Both the position numbers and the translations under genes were made by a program. The notes under the pieces are model-generated. The model was not told the origin of the DNA. It searched no databases and saw only the letters and a list, made by a program, of their open reading frames with translations. A stretch of 61,357 nt of DNA, the filler included, from Sphacelaria rigidula (Eukaryota), in the NCBI GenBank assembly GCA_964200075.2. It is 7 parts of 7 records of this genome, joined end to end, with 100 filler letters (N's around TTAATTAATTAA, not from the genome) between each part and the next. Parts side by side here need not be neighbours in the genome. Positions count along the whole stretch, not along the records: positions 43,901 to 52,579 come from CAXNAA020010404.1; positions 52,680 to 61,357 come from CAXNAA020010405.1; 5 more parts are not named here. One strand, given 5' to 3'. Of the stretch, positions 50,939 through 61,357 are shown in pieces; the first letter of the stretch is position 1, and every line of letters begins with the position of its first letter.

Positions 50939-52579
50939 GTGGGTGTGTTGCTCTCTCCGCACGATACGATCGATGAAAAATTATCTGCCTCCAACAACAG
51001 CCAGTATTTGGTGGTTTCACATGACCGCCTTTGTATTACTCATACTCTTCTGATGTACATACACTTCCGGCTTCAGGGAGCCCGTGGCCGTCGTTATCGG
51101 TGAGTGCTTGCTTAGACATGGGTCGCTCTGATTCAGATCTGGTTTCACCAAATGGCGATGCTTGCCCTTAGAGTGTTGCCGAGGCGACCTGTCGAGTGCC
51201 GCCTCTGTCTCCCTTCGTTAGAGTCAGATAGATGAGCCCTGTTGGGCTGTTCGAGCTGCTGTTGGCTGTTTGAGTTGCTGTTTGCTGTTCGAGAGTGGTG
51301 AATAGCGATCCACGGTCCAACCGTGCGCATCAACCACAGCGCCCTAGGCCTTCATCTCACGACTAGATTCCCTAGCATATGCAACGGCGGGCTTCTAGCA
51401 TGCGTTGGTTGTATTAGTGCTGTCTCCCCTCTTGTTGAACCTCCGAAATACAGAAGCACGGTACGCGGACAGCGGTAACATCAGCCTACTATACTGTACT
51501 CTGTTGTCTGTGAAGACAACAAAACCTCCATTCAGTCAGTACACCAATGTTGTCAGCAGTTGCCGTACGACTGAACGTGCCACACATTACCGTACGCTCA
51601 CGTTCACCGCACCGTCATTTTCCTCTACTGACGAAGACGTGCAACAGGGAACGGTTTATGCTGTTCTGCTGATTCATGCGTCCATACGACACGCGAGCCA
51701 CGGCTCTCAGCACCTGTACGCTCCTACTGTGCTGCGCAGCAGAGGTACTTACTTTGTGCTCGCCGTCCTGACAGATGATGTATGTGCTGTCGGAACTGAA
51801 TCTGACCGTATCCTTCAAGTGCGTAGTCGTACGTACTCCAACGCTTCTCAGTTTGTTCTCTACAGACAGTCAGTACTGATTGTGAGCTACGGCCGGGTGC
51901 ACACAACAACAACTGTAGAGGGCTATGTTTATGGTTCATCTACTCACAACGACCACAGGCTAGACAAATAAATCGACATTACCGGTAATGCAATATTTAA
52001 TATTTCATCACCGTTACGGAACTGCGTGGAAGATGAATGAGCAAAGCGCATCCGAGGCTATCACCCCCCCCAATAAATAAATAGTGCTGCACCAGTGATG
52101 AAAGCCATCTTCTGTACGGCACCATCGCGTAGAAGGAAAACACACGGCAAAATCAACTCGACTCAACATGTGAGGCCGTGAAAAAAAATCCATCTTGGCA
52201 CCAGGAAAAGAAGGAAGATCGAAGAGCACAGCAAACTGTCGGAAAGCAGCATGTCGATTGGTCGCCGCAACCACACATGAGTCCATCGCCCTGGTTGCAG
52301 CGACCAATCAACGTGGTACTTTTCGACGCTTTCTTTGATCTTGACTTATTTTCTGTTTATGCTAAGGCCCCGTCTCAGGGCGTGTCTCAGCAATTTTTTT
52401 TCGAGAAAGTGCGGTCGATTTTTTTTTGCCGATCTGATATGTCCACCGCATTCATGTTCCTTGAAGCCTTCAACTCAAAATTACAATCAGCGGCGCGCGG
52501 AAAAGAATTTTAACGAGGTACGAGCTGGGCCAGCCTAGAAACGGATTTAAGCTTTAAAAGCAATATCTCATCGACACAG

Positions 52580-52679
52580 NNNNNNNNNNNNNNNNNNNNN
52601 NNNNNNNNNNNNNNNNNNNNNNNTTAATTAATTAANNNNNNNNNNNNNNNNNNNNNNNNNNNNNNNNNNNNNNNNNNNN
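52580..52679. other. Artificial contig linker
   Basis: N44-TTAATTAATTAA-N44. Confidence 0.99.
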
Positions 52680-53062
52680 AAACGTCCAAAATCGGTCAAC
52701 ATTGGGGTATAAGTGGACCAAAAAGGGCCAAAATGGGGTATATTTTGACCTGAAATTAGCATTGAAAACATTTTTTTTTTTCTCTTTTTTTTTTTTTAGT
52801 CAGCTTCGTCTGCGCGTTATCTCTCTTACGAACCCAACAGTAGGATGATCGTCAGCGTTGAAAAACCCGAATGATAAAACGCCCATAACTGCACCGACTT
52901 ATGAGACAGAGGAAGTATACATATATTTAAATCTTCGACTACTGCGATATGCTTTTGCATTTTGACGTGTAGAACGTACATGTAAAATTTCCAAGGCTGT
53001 ATTCTGCAAGGTATTCCCGGAACTGGGGGATTTTCGGTGGACGTATTGAATCATACCCAAAG

Positions 53063-53103
53063 GTGTAACGTGTAACGTGTAACGTGTAACGTGTAACGTG
53101 TAG
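53063..53103 (+). repeat. (GTGTAAC)n heptamer tandem repeat
   Basis: 5-6 units. Confidence 0.85.
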
Positions 53104-54535
53104 TGTACACTCCGGTATGTTGCGCAAGGGTTTTTATCGATGAAATTATTGTTTCTTACGCTTTGTAAATGCACGAATTTGAGCCGGTATACCCTAAGGA
53201 AGGGGAATAAACAGGGGAGTAAGCGAAGAAAGGTTCAAGTCGAGGATATCGATTCCATCGAACAGAACAGGAGGGAGATGGCAGAACGTGTAGGAGGTGT
53301 TGAGAACTCTTCACCATTCCCCGTATCTTTCTTTTTCTCAATAATCCCTGGAGTGATGCTACGGTAGGGGTACACAAATATTTTCTGAGGCCAGAATTGT
53401 TAAGAGCCCTTTATCTCATCCCAAACACGACTCATGAGAATATGCGAACGTACGCCAGGATTACTATTATAATGTGCTGGGAATGAATCTGCAAACGGAG
53501 ATGCCCTGAGCCATATTCTTGTGCGTTCTAGAATCGTCAGGAGCCCCTGAACCAGACAAAATTTCGCGAAAAAAGTGCACCCCTACCGTAGCATTGCTCC
53601 CTGCCTCCCATTGTACCCCGCCCTCGATGTGGTGTGTTGTTACAATGTGTGTTTTTTTTGTTTTTGTTCTGCCTGGTATATTCGTACGTGTGGGTGTCCA
53701 GAAGAGGTACAGGGATAGAACCATGCGGTTTTTATCGCTACGGTTAGTGAACTCCGGTTCCTGAGTCGTCCGAGCGCTTGACATGTTATCGTTCCCGTGA
53801 TCGTCTTGATCAATACAGTATTGACCCAGCATGTTTGAGAGGCCGGGTTGTTTGTATTTAGGCCGTGCCTGCGGAAGGATCAGCACCGAACAGACGCTGG
53901 TGAAAGCAGAAGTTTGTGGGAGGAGCAAGCTAGCCGCTGCGGTGCCATGCGCTTTTTTTGTGCGTGTGTGTGCCACCTGCAGCACAAAGGTCTAGCACCA
54001 AATCGACCACGCTCTTGGACTGTTGAGTAACGAACAAGCTGTGGTGTGTGTTGACCACACGCGCATACTACTGTCGGCTCATTCACGGCTGCTGTACTCC
54101 GGCAATCCGTTGGCTCCAGCTCAACACTATGGCCTGCTAACAACCAAGAAGACTGGTCGAGGTTGGTCGTTAGCTGCTAAATGGCCACGTCACGAAAAAT
54201 CACCAGCAAGCAACACTTTTGTCGTGAGACCAACCATTACGGAAAAAAAAATTGAGCCAAAATTTCTTGGATTTTCTGGGATCTCCGACGCCCAAAAATG
54301 ATCACGTCCGTTTTGGGACAGGAAGTCATCGATACTTTTTTCTTGCAAAAAAAAAAAACTAAGAGAACTAGGCCCAGTTCTGACAGGTTTTTGTAAGCCT
54401 TGTCTTCTTTCAGAACTGTTTTCTTCATCTTGGGCTCTGTACCCATCTGGCCATCCCACCCACACTACTGACCACTCACACCAAACCATCACGCCTTCGG
54501 AGAGCGGTACTTGTTGTGTTCCGCTCTCTACAAAG

Positions 54536-54836
54536 CAGTGTTGAGAATCGAGTATCGAAATATCGAGTATCGATCGCGATTTCCGGTAATTCTCAGTATC
54601 GGACTCGCGAGCTGGTGAGGCGATATTTTTGATACGCCAACTGGCTCTCTCGTCCCCCCCCATTTTCTTGCAAAAATGACCATTCAAAAATAGCATAAAA
54701 GGGCGAGAAAACCAGAAAACCGGTTGTTCGGTCATTTTCCGAGTATCGAAAAAAATATCAATATCGACTTTTTTTCGTTGACATGAAAAAGAATAACTCG
54801 TATCGAACTTTTTATCCCGTCCGATTCTCAACACTG
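54536..54836. mobile_element. hAT-type MITE, 301 bp
   Basis: Perfect 15-bp TIRs CAGTGTTGAGAATCG / CGATTCTCAACACTG, an 8-bp target-site duplication CTACAAAG (54528-54535, 54837-54844) and internal (A)TATCGA motifs. Confidence 0.93.
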
Positions 54837-55705
54837 CTACAAAGTAATTGAATCCGGCATGCAATGCAGACTCGTCAAGGGTTGAAAGCGTCGTGATGTG
54901 TTCGTTGGATGGCGTGTCTTCCGTGATGAACAAGGCGCGCTTTGTGCCCAGATCCATCGTCATCGTGCTATAGCTGACGCACATTGCCGTGTAATCACCG
55001 AGGGGTCCGCTCTTATCTCAGTTCTTTGAAAACACAGCGCACGGTAGAAACGAGTTTGCACGGGTCAGGTAGGTCGAACTGACGTGGCGGTTGAAAAGAC
55101 AACAGTGAGGCGACTGGGTCGTGGAGTCTCCTGACGCGCCGCACCCCTTAGGGCAGATGTGAGAAAATATAAGTCTGACCCGACCGGTTGTCTGTGTACG
55201 TTGTATCACTCCTGCAGCTAATACAGCGGCTCGCAGAAGCCTTCATATTGCTTTAATCGTGGTCTTACGCTAATTTGTAAAATATTCCATGAAGGCCAAC
55301 ACGACGAGGGGGGGGAGAGGGAAGGGGGGAGTCTGTGGTGCCCGGAGTGAGAGAAAACGTCACCCCTTGAGTGTTGCGCATTTTTTCGCTCGGCTGGCAC
55401 CCCTTGCCTCACTCCTGAAACTGCAAAATAGCTGCACATCCTCTCACTAGCAGCACCCGGAACCAGACCCACGCGTCGTAGTCTCTCGGAGGAGAGGGCT
55501 ATGGTAGAAGTCACAGCAAAGTTCAGTACTGTAGTGTTCTCCTCTCGTTGACCGGCCGTAGCCCTACCGTAAACGCGCTGTATACGCCGTATTGCACTCA
55601 CCGCCACTTCTGTATTTCTACCGTCCATGGGCAAGTAGTATCTTCACCACCCGGATCCCGCCCCCGCACGACCACTCGCAACGCCCACCTGCGCGTACGC
55701 GACAG

Positions 55706-58700
55706 AAAGAAGAGCTGGCGCAGCTTTTGGCGGCGGAACGCCTCCGGCGGCAAGCCGACCCAACCGCCAACCAAAACCCCAGCACACCCCGCGCCTCTGA
55801 CAGCAGCAGAAGTAGTAGAAACGGTAGCGGTAGTAGCGGTGGAGCATCCTCGTCGACCACCGGGTTCAACGACGAGAATTTTGGTTGGGTGCCACCGCCC
55901 GAGACGTGGACGCAGGCCAAGTGGGGGAGGGATGGGCCGGGAGCGTCGAGGGTCACATCGGAGGGCGCCATAGTACCCATGATTAGGATCAGGCCTAGGT
56001 AAGACGTGTCTTTTTTTGTGCTCGTTTGTGTCACTGTCGTGTATGCTTTTCCTGTGTGCGTTGTCGTCCCATCTATTCTGAACGCCGATCTACACCTGTC
56101 GGTATATGTGGGCGGATCAGCCGTGGTCACACAGGAGGATGGCCAACACAGGTGTTTTTTTTTATCTTTTAGTTGTTTTTAGTACCCCACCTTCCTTCTG
56201 CGGTGCTTGCCTTTTATGTGTTATCGCGAGAGGAGTTCAACACACCCTTTCCCTCGTCGACCGTTGAGTTAAGTTTGTGTACCCAAGACATAATCGCTGT
56301 CCACTGTTGGGCATTGTGTGAGAAAAAATCTCAGATCGCTCCGAGATTTCAACCCACGACCCAACCGTCAGAAGGTTCCGAGGTTACCAACTGAGCCATC
56401 GGGGCGACCGTGTATGTGTATGAATTCTTATTTGGATCATCATCAGTACTTTTTTTTCTCATTCGTCGCACTTTGAATCCCTCTCCTTGATCGGGAGTCT
56501 GTGGTCTCCAGGGATCAATCCATCTCTCCCCGGTACACGTCTTACATTTTGGTCTCGCGGATTGGATCAGCACTCCCGCACGGCGTCAACTCTCATCAAA
56601 ACAAATTCAGTCAACTCACTGCTTTTTGTTTACTCACGTACTCACGCTTCCGACGATGGAAGTCAGATATACTTCGAAAATAACCCTGACGCATCGGGAA
56701 TGAAGCCCACGTTCTCTTCACCCTAATGGTGACAGTCGAACCACTTTTATTTACACCACCGGGGTGCGGTGGTGTGCCATGGTATTTTGACGGACCTGTC
56801 CATACCTCGTGTTCGTACTTGCAGTGCATGGGCTACAGAGTAGACGGAGAGCACGATGCTGGCGTGCCAGGGCAGTAGAGTTAACCGGCGTTGGGCTACA
56901 AATGTTCACGATTGATGCATTACTTGATTTGAGCGTGTACAACAAGAATCGGATCTTTGGTAGCGCTGACAGTGCCGTGTGCTCCTGGCGTGCGCAGAAC
57001 GCGTTTTCGTTGAAATCGGTGCCACAGTCAGGCGCCGATTTGGGGCCTAGCAAGGCCGCACTTTGCCCAGGGAATGCTATGTACCGCCCTTGCCCGAGGG
57101 TTCTCGGTATGCTTTGGGTTGGGGTCAAGGTTAGGAGTAGCGATACTTGTAAAATGTGTCAACCATGGGCATTTGTAGCCCAACGTCGGTCAGTTCGCCT
57201 CTGCCAGGGAGACCCCGCACGGGTCTCGGGGGTTCTTTAACACTCGGTCCCTTCCACATGGCATCTGTCCAGTGTTGTTGGATTGTAGTATCGTCCTCAG
57301 TAAGAGTTGGTCGCTCTCGTTCGTGCACAGTTAGCTTGCCCTCTTCTCGTCGGGTGATGATTATCTGTCAAAGTACCAGCTTCCCGGGTGCCACAAGGTA
57401 CATCTTCTACGGTGGTAGGGTCGTCGGTCGACAAGACCTAGACCCCTCCTTCTTGTCGGATGTTTGTTTTGTTCTTTTTCCTTCGTCATTTCTCGTGGTA
57501 CTTTCGACCCTTCTGTCTCATGGGGACGAGTGCGAAGTGTCGGAAAATCAACTCATCTCTCCCTTGGTATTTACCCTGCTGCACAGTAGTACCGGGGAGA
57601 GATGGGTTGATCCCTTGAGACCACGGACTCGTCCCGGGGAAGGGGAGTGGTTCAAAGGGCGACAACTAAATGAAAATAATTAATTATTAAAGCAGTATCG
57701 AGCGGTGAACAGCACCACTGCAACTTGTCCCCCCCCGGTCGAATTATACTTTTTGCTTCGTCGACGGAAACCAGCGCACCCTGGACAGTGACAATGGACA
57801 GCATTCGCGAAAGTGTACTGCGTATAGTATCGAATCTGTTGTCTATTGAAGTAATGAGTAAGCAATAGGTTCGATACTGTATGCGCTACCTTTTTTGCCG
57901 ACGTAAAATATCTTGTCATTGTCCAGGGTATAGAAATCAGAGTTCTTGACATAAATCAGAATTCTGTACACACACACGTTGTATTCATACTACTGTACTG
58001 TGTATGACCATTACAAAAAGCAAGCATCAAAACCCACCACACGAAGCGCTATGTAACACTTCACTCGTGCAATACTGCAAGGCGAAAAAAAACATATGTT
58101 TTTAGCCCACCTCGCACGTATCTTGTTCTATACATACACAAAATACCTCGCACTACGTATGCGAGTACTCCCGCACTACTGTACATATGCCCGCCACATC
58201 CTCCCTGCGCGCCTCAACAGATCTTGGGCTTTGATCAGAGCTGAATACTGTTTTCTTCTTCGGCATTCGCATTGCCCGCCGCTGCCTGCTCTCTCTTTTT
58301 TTTTACGCGCTCTGGACGATGACCATGGGATGTTACAGCGTTTCCGCCCTTGGAGACGGTGTATCCGTCGACCAAAAGGATTACTACTGCGTTGACGTCG
58401 AGCTGCCGGATGCTCGCACCGGTGCCACGCGAGAGCTATTTATGCTCGACACCGCCGCCACCAGCTCGCTCTTGACGCCGAAGGCGGCTGCCCGACTAGG
58501 TACAGTACTGGCTCACAGCAGCTGGTGCCTGCAGCAGAAATGGGTTAACATCTTGCGAGGGCCGCGGACGAATCACCGCGGTCTTGAATAATCAAATCCG
58601 CGATTTCTGAGGCCTGATTGCTTGAAGAGAGAGGAAAACGTTGACCGCGGATCTAAAAGGTCTGTACAGTACGCAAAGTTTGCGCTGTTTTACGTGCCTC

Positions 58701-59774
58701 AGGTGCGCGTACCTGGGGTGTAGGTGCAACTGCACTGAAAACAAAGCCGAAGGGCTTGAACTGTGCGGTACGGAGTGATCGACACTAGAATCAAAGTCAT
58801 TCTCATACGGACGAATATTCGTCCGACCGTTGGAACTTTTGTTCGCGTTTCATGTTGGCGCCGTACAGCAGAGATATGTGGGATGGTAGAAATAGAGCAT
58901 ATCACTTCTGGGCGACCGTCTATTGTCAAATTAACCCCGCAAAGCAGGGCGGGGGGAAGGGGAGGGAGCGATGGTACGGTGAGATAAGCATGGCGAAGAA
59001 ATTGACAAATAAAAAAAAAAAAATGAGGTCATGCAAAGAATTGACAGAAGTTGAAGGGAATACGTTCGGCGTATGGTTTTCGCGTTCGGCTTCAGGATAC
59101 TTTCTGGTGCCTCCACACGTGGCCAGGGTTGGCTTCGTTTCGAAACGACCGTGTTTTGTTTTTCATTTTTGGAGCGATCTGTCATGCCAGCTACAGCACT
59201 CGCAGTGGGAGTCGAAGCGCGGATCCGTTTCAACTGTCACCCCTGCAGCACTGTGGTGGGCTTTTGTATGCAGGCAAAAGTGTTTTTGGCTTATCGCAAC
59301 CTTTTGTTTGATGAATGACAAAATAGTTAAAATAATATGTAAAGCGTTTTCTCGACACACGTACTGTAAGCAACCCTGTGAAGGCACCCCTGATTTGAAA
59401 ATTTCAAATGATTTGCTACAAGATCTGTGGAATTATATATACAGAAAAATCGAATCGAAATAAACCCTCATTTTGCTCGCCAATTCATCCTGAAATTGGG
59501 CAAAACGAGAACTCATTGCGAACTCTACTGTGCGAGTCCCAAATAGACGGCAACAACAACAAACTCCAACAGAGAATATATACTAAAGCGACGGTCGCTC
59601 CGTGCGCTCTAACGGCCCCCTCCCCCTCCCCCCCCCCGAACATATGCTGCTCTTGCCGTGTCGTTCTGCTGGCACCAGGCGCAGAGAGGACAGGGATATC
59701 AGCTATCGGGGCCGCCGGAACTGAAGGTGTTTCTGGTTTGTACCAGGTGGACGTGGGGGAAGTGAAGTTGGCAG
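55706..59774 (+). CDS. Retropepsin-like (clan AA) aspartic protease domain protein, internal exons 55706-55998, 58339-58499, 59679-59774; partial
   Basis: Phases 2 and 1 splice to ...IVPMIRIRPS VSALGDGV...YYCVDVEL...RELFMLDTAATSSLLTPKAAARLG AERTGISAIGAAG...YQVDVGEVKLA. FxLDT(G/A)ATxSxxxxxxAxRLG is the Asp_protease_2-type signature. Confidence 0.75.
56052..56410 (-). mobile_element. SINE family 1, near full length, tRNA-derived head
   Basis: Minus-strand head GCCCCGATGGCTCAGTTGGTA...GTGGGTTGAAATCTCGGAGC (A and B boxes). The body and CA-rich tail are shared with 7790-8025, 8612-8681 and 61201-61357. Confidence 0.8.
56455..56770 (-). mobile_element. SINE family 2 copy
   Basis: Inverted match to 59841-60150 over ~300 bp, with an A-rich tail. 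Confidence 0.75.
57590..57685 (+). mobile_element. SINE family 2, 5'-truncated copy
   Basis: GGGGAGAGATGGGTTGATCCCTTGAGACCACGGACTCGTCCCG is also present in the copy at ~60085-60127. A/T-rich tail. Confidence 0.75.
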
Positions 59775-59840
59775 GTGCGTCGTAATTGTGTTTCTACAAG
59801 TGGTACTTTTAATGGCAGCAGCAGGAGGTAGTATGATGCC

Positions 59841-60150
59841 ACCGCGTCCCGGTAGCGTAAATTAAAATGGTGCGACTATCACCGCTAGGGTGTAGAGAAC
59901 GTGGGTGTGATCCCCAATGCGCTGGGTTTTTCCCTCGAGATATCTCATTTGCACCGTGGAAAGCGTGAGCACGTGAGTAAACAAAGGAGCAGTTGACTGA
60001 GTTTGTTTGACGGGAGTTAACGCGGTGCCGGAGTGCTGATAGCCATGACCCAATCCGCGAGACCAAAATGCAAGGCGTGTGCCGGGGGAGAGATGGGTTG
60101 ATCCCTTGAGACCACGGACTCGTCCCGAGGAAGGAGAGGGGCTTAAAGTG
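59841..60150 (+). mobile_element. SINE family 2 copy with degenerate tRNA-like head
   Basis: CCCGGTAGCGTAA...GTGGGTGTGATCCC head; the body matches 56455-56770. Confidence 0.72.
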
Positions 60151-61200
60151 TAGCACAAGAAAAGAGTACCGTGCACGATGGTGTAAAACAATGATCTGGG
60201 AGACAACGTTTGGACCCGTAACACTCATCACCCGGGGGAGGTACTGCCCGTAGGGGTTGATATACTTCGTGCCCAAGCGCGATGACGTAGGTCTTGATGC
60301 AGAACCAAATAGCTGGAGATAGATTGCCGGGGGGTGTTATTCAGGGGGTCGTAGTAGTTGATCGCTGGAGTGATTTGATCGTAGCGGATTGGCCTTCACT
60401 GACCTCATCCGATAGGGATCCAGCCTTGGTATCAAGATGGGCGTGCTTACCCGAGGTAAATTTACGGAAATATCGGCTGAAGCATGCTCGAGAATAGAGT
60501 AGGATGAAGAAAAAAGAACGAGAGATAAACGAAGTGAACCGAGAACCCAGAAGGAGGATGGCAGAAAGGAAAGTAATAGGATGAGAACAAGAAAGTTAGT
60601 AGTGTACAAGGATCGGGCGGGGCCGCCTATCGGCGGCCCCGTCCTCCACGAAAGGCGTGGGAAGGGATTGATTTGAGTTGGGAGAGGGTAAAGGTAATGA
60701 CTTCTACCAAGAGGTTAAGCTAGAGATTTGACGTGTGTATCGGTTATGAAACTGTGCTATCTGTGATGAGTAGAAGAGGGAAGATCTGGCATGGGTGTGG
60801 CATGATTGGTATTAAGGAACGCAAACGTTGAGAGCGCGGAATGGTGGATGAAACACACTTGATTTTGTTCCACGTATTAAAAGTGTGAAGAACGCGGAAG
60901 ACCCGAATGTATCATAGACAATGCGTTCTGCATGATTTAAAAAAAAGCTGAAACATGGAAGAAAAAGTGGACTCGTGTTCCAAAAGTAGGAGTTTGCTCA
61001 GAAGTTGACATTTTGCTTGCGAAAGAGCAACGTCTCCATGTACAACTGTGGTTGAAATTCGCTCCAACATATACCTATACAACATTCGACATTTCACGAT
61101 GAAGCTATGGTACATAATTAAGCGAAAAGGACGCGACTTCATATACTGTGGTAATGACGGACCACATGGACGAATACTCCCCGCGAGAAAAACCTCTGAC

Positions 61201-61357
61201 GTGTGTGTGTTGTCGTCCCTTCTATTCTGAAAGCTGGTCTACACCTTTCGGTGTATACTTCGTATATATGTGGGCGCAGCAGCCGGGGTCACACAGGAAG
61301 AAGGTCAACACAGGAGCTTCTTCTTTGAAATTTGTTTTTAGTACCCCACCTTCCTTC
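61201..61357 (-). mobile_element. SINE family 1, 3' part (cut by window end)
   Basis: Aligns with 56052-56200. Confidence 0.78.

Noticed and set aside
54190..54984. 264-aa minus-strand ORF
   Set aside because: Runs through the hAT MITE and has no recognisable domain.
56336..56410. Functional tRNA gene
   Set aside because: The D-stem and T-stem are broken and it is joined to a repeated SINE body; interpreted as a SINE head.

Overview
Eukaryotic nuclear DNA, most likely a brown alga (Phaeophyceae). This is inferred from a stramenopile ASAFAP-type bipartite plastid-targeting peptide, many short exons and long repeat-filled introns. The window is not one locus: seven ~8.68-kb contigs (1-8681, 8782-17462, 17563-26242, 26343-35021, 35122-43800, 43901-52579, 52680-61357) are joined by artificial 100-nt N44-TTAATTAATTAA-N44 linkers. 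Manual splicing gives a complete RPL8 (uL2) gene and a complete COPI-associated/TVP15-like membrane-protein gene. It also gives partial PUM3/Puf6, RPSA (uS2), CPSF2 (CPSF100), RecQ helicase, FG-GAP membrane protein, DXS and retropepsin-like aspartic protease genes. The rest is mobile DNA: Ty3/gypsy and Ty1/copia relics, a hAT MITE with 8-bp TSD, other inverted-repeat elements, two tRNA-headed SINE families and a very abundant G-tract-associated element. No CRISPR array, rRNA, intact tRNA or prokaryotic system was seen. No clearly new biological system can be proven from sequence alone. The best leads are the G-tract element that repeatedly sits beside splice acceptors, an in-frame RT-to-integrase deletion fusion, an intron-containing clan AA protease and a minimal RecQ. 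All family assignments come from recalled motifs, not database searches.
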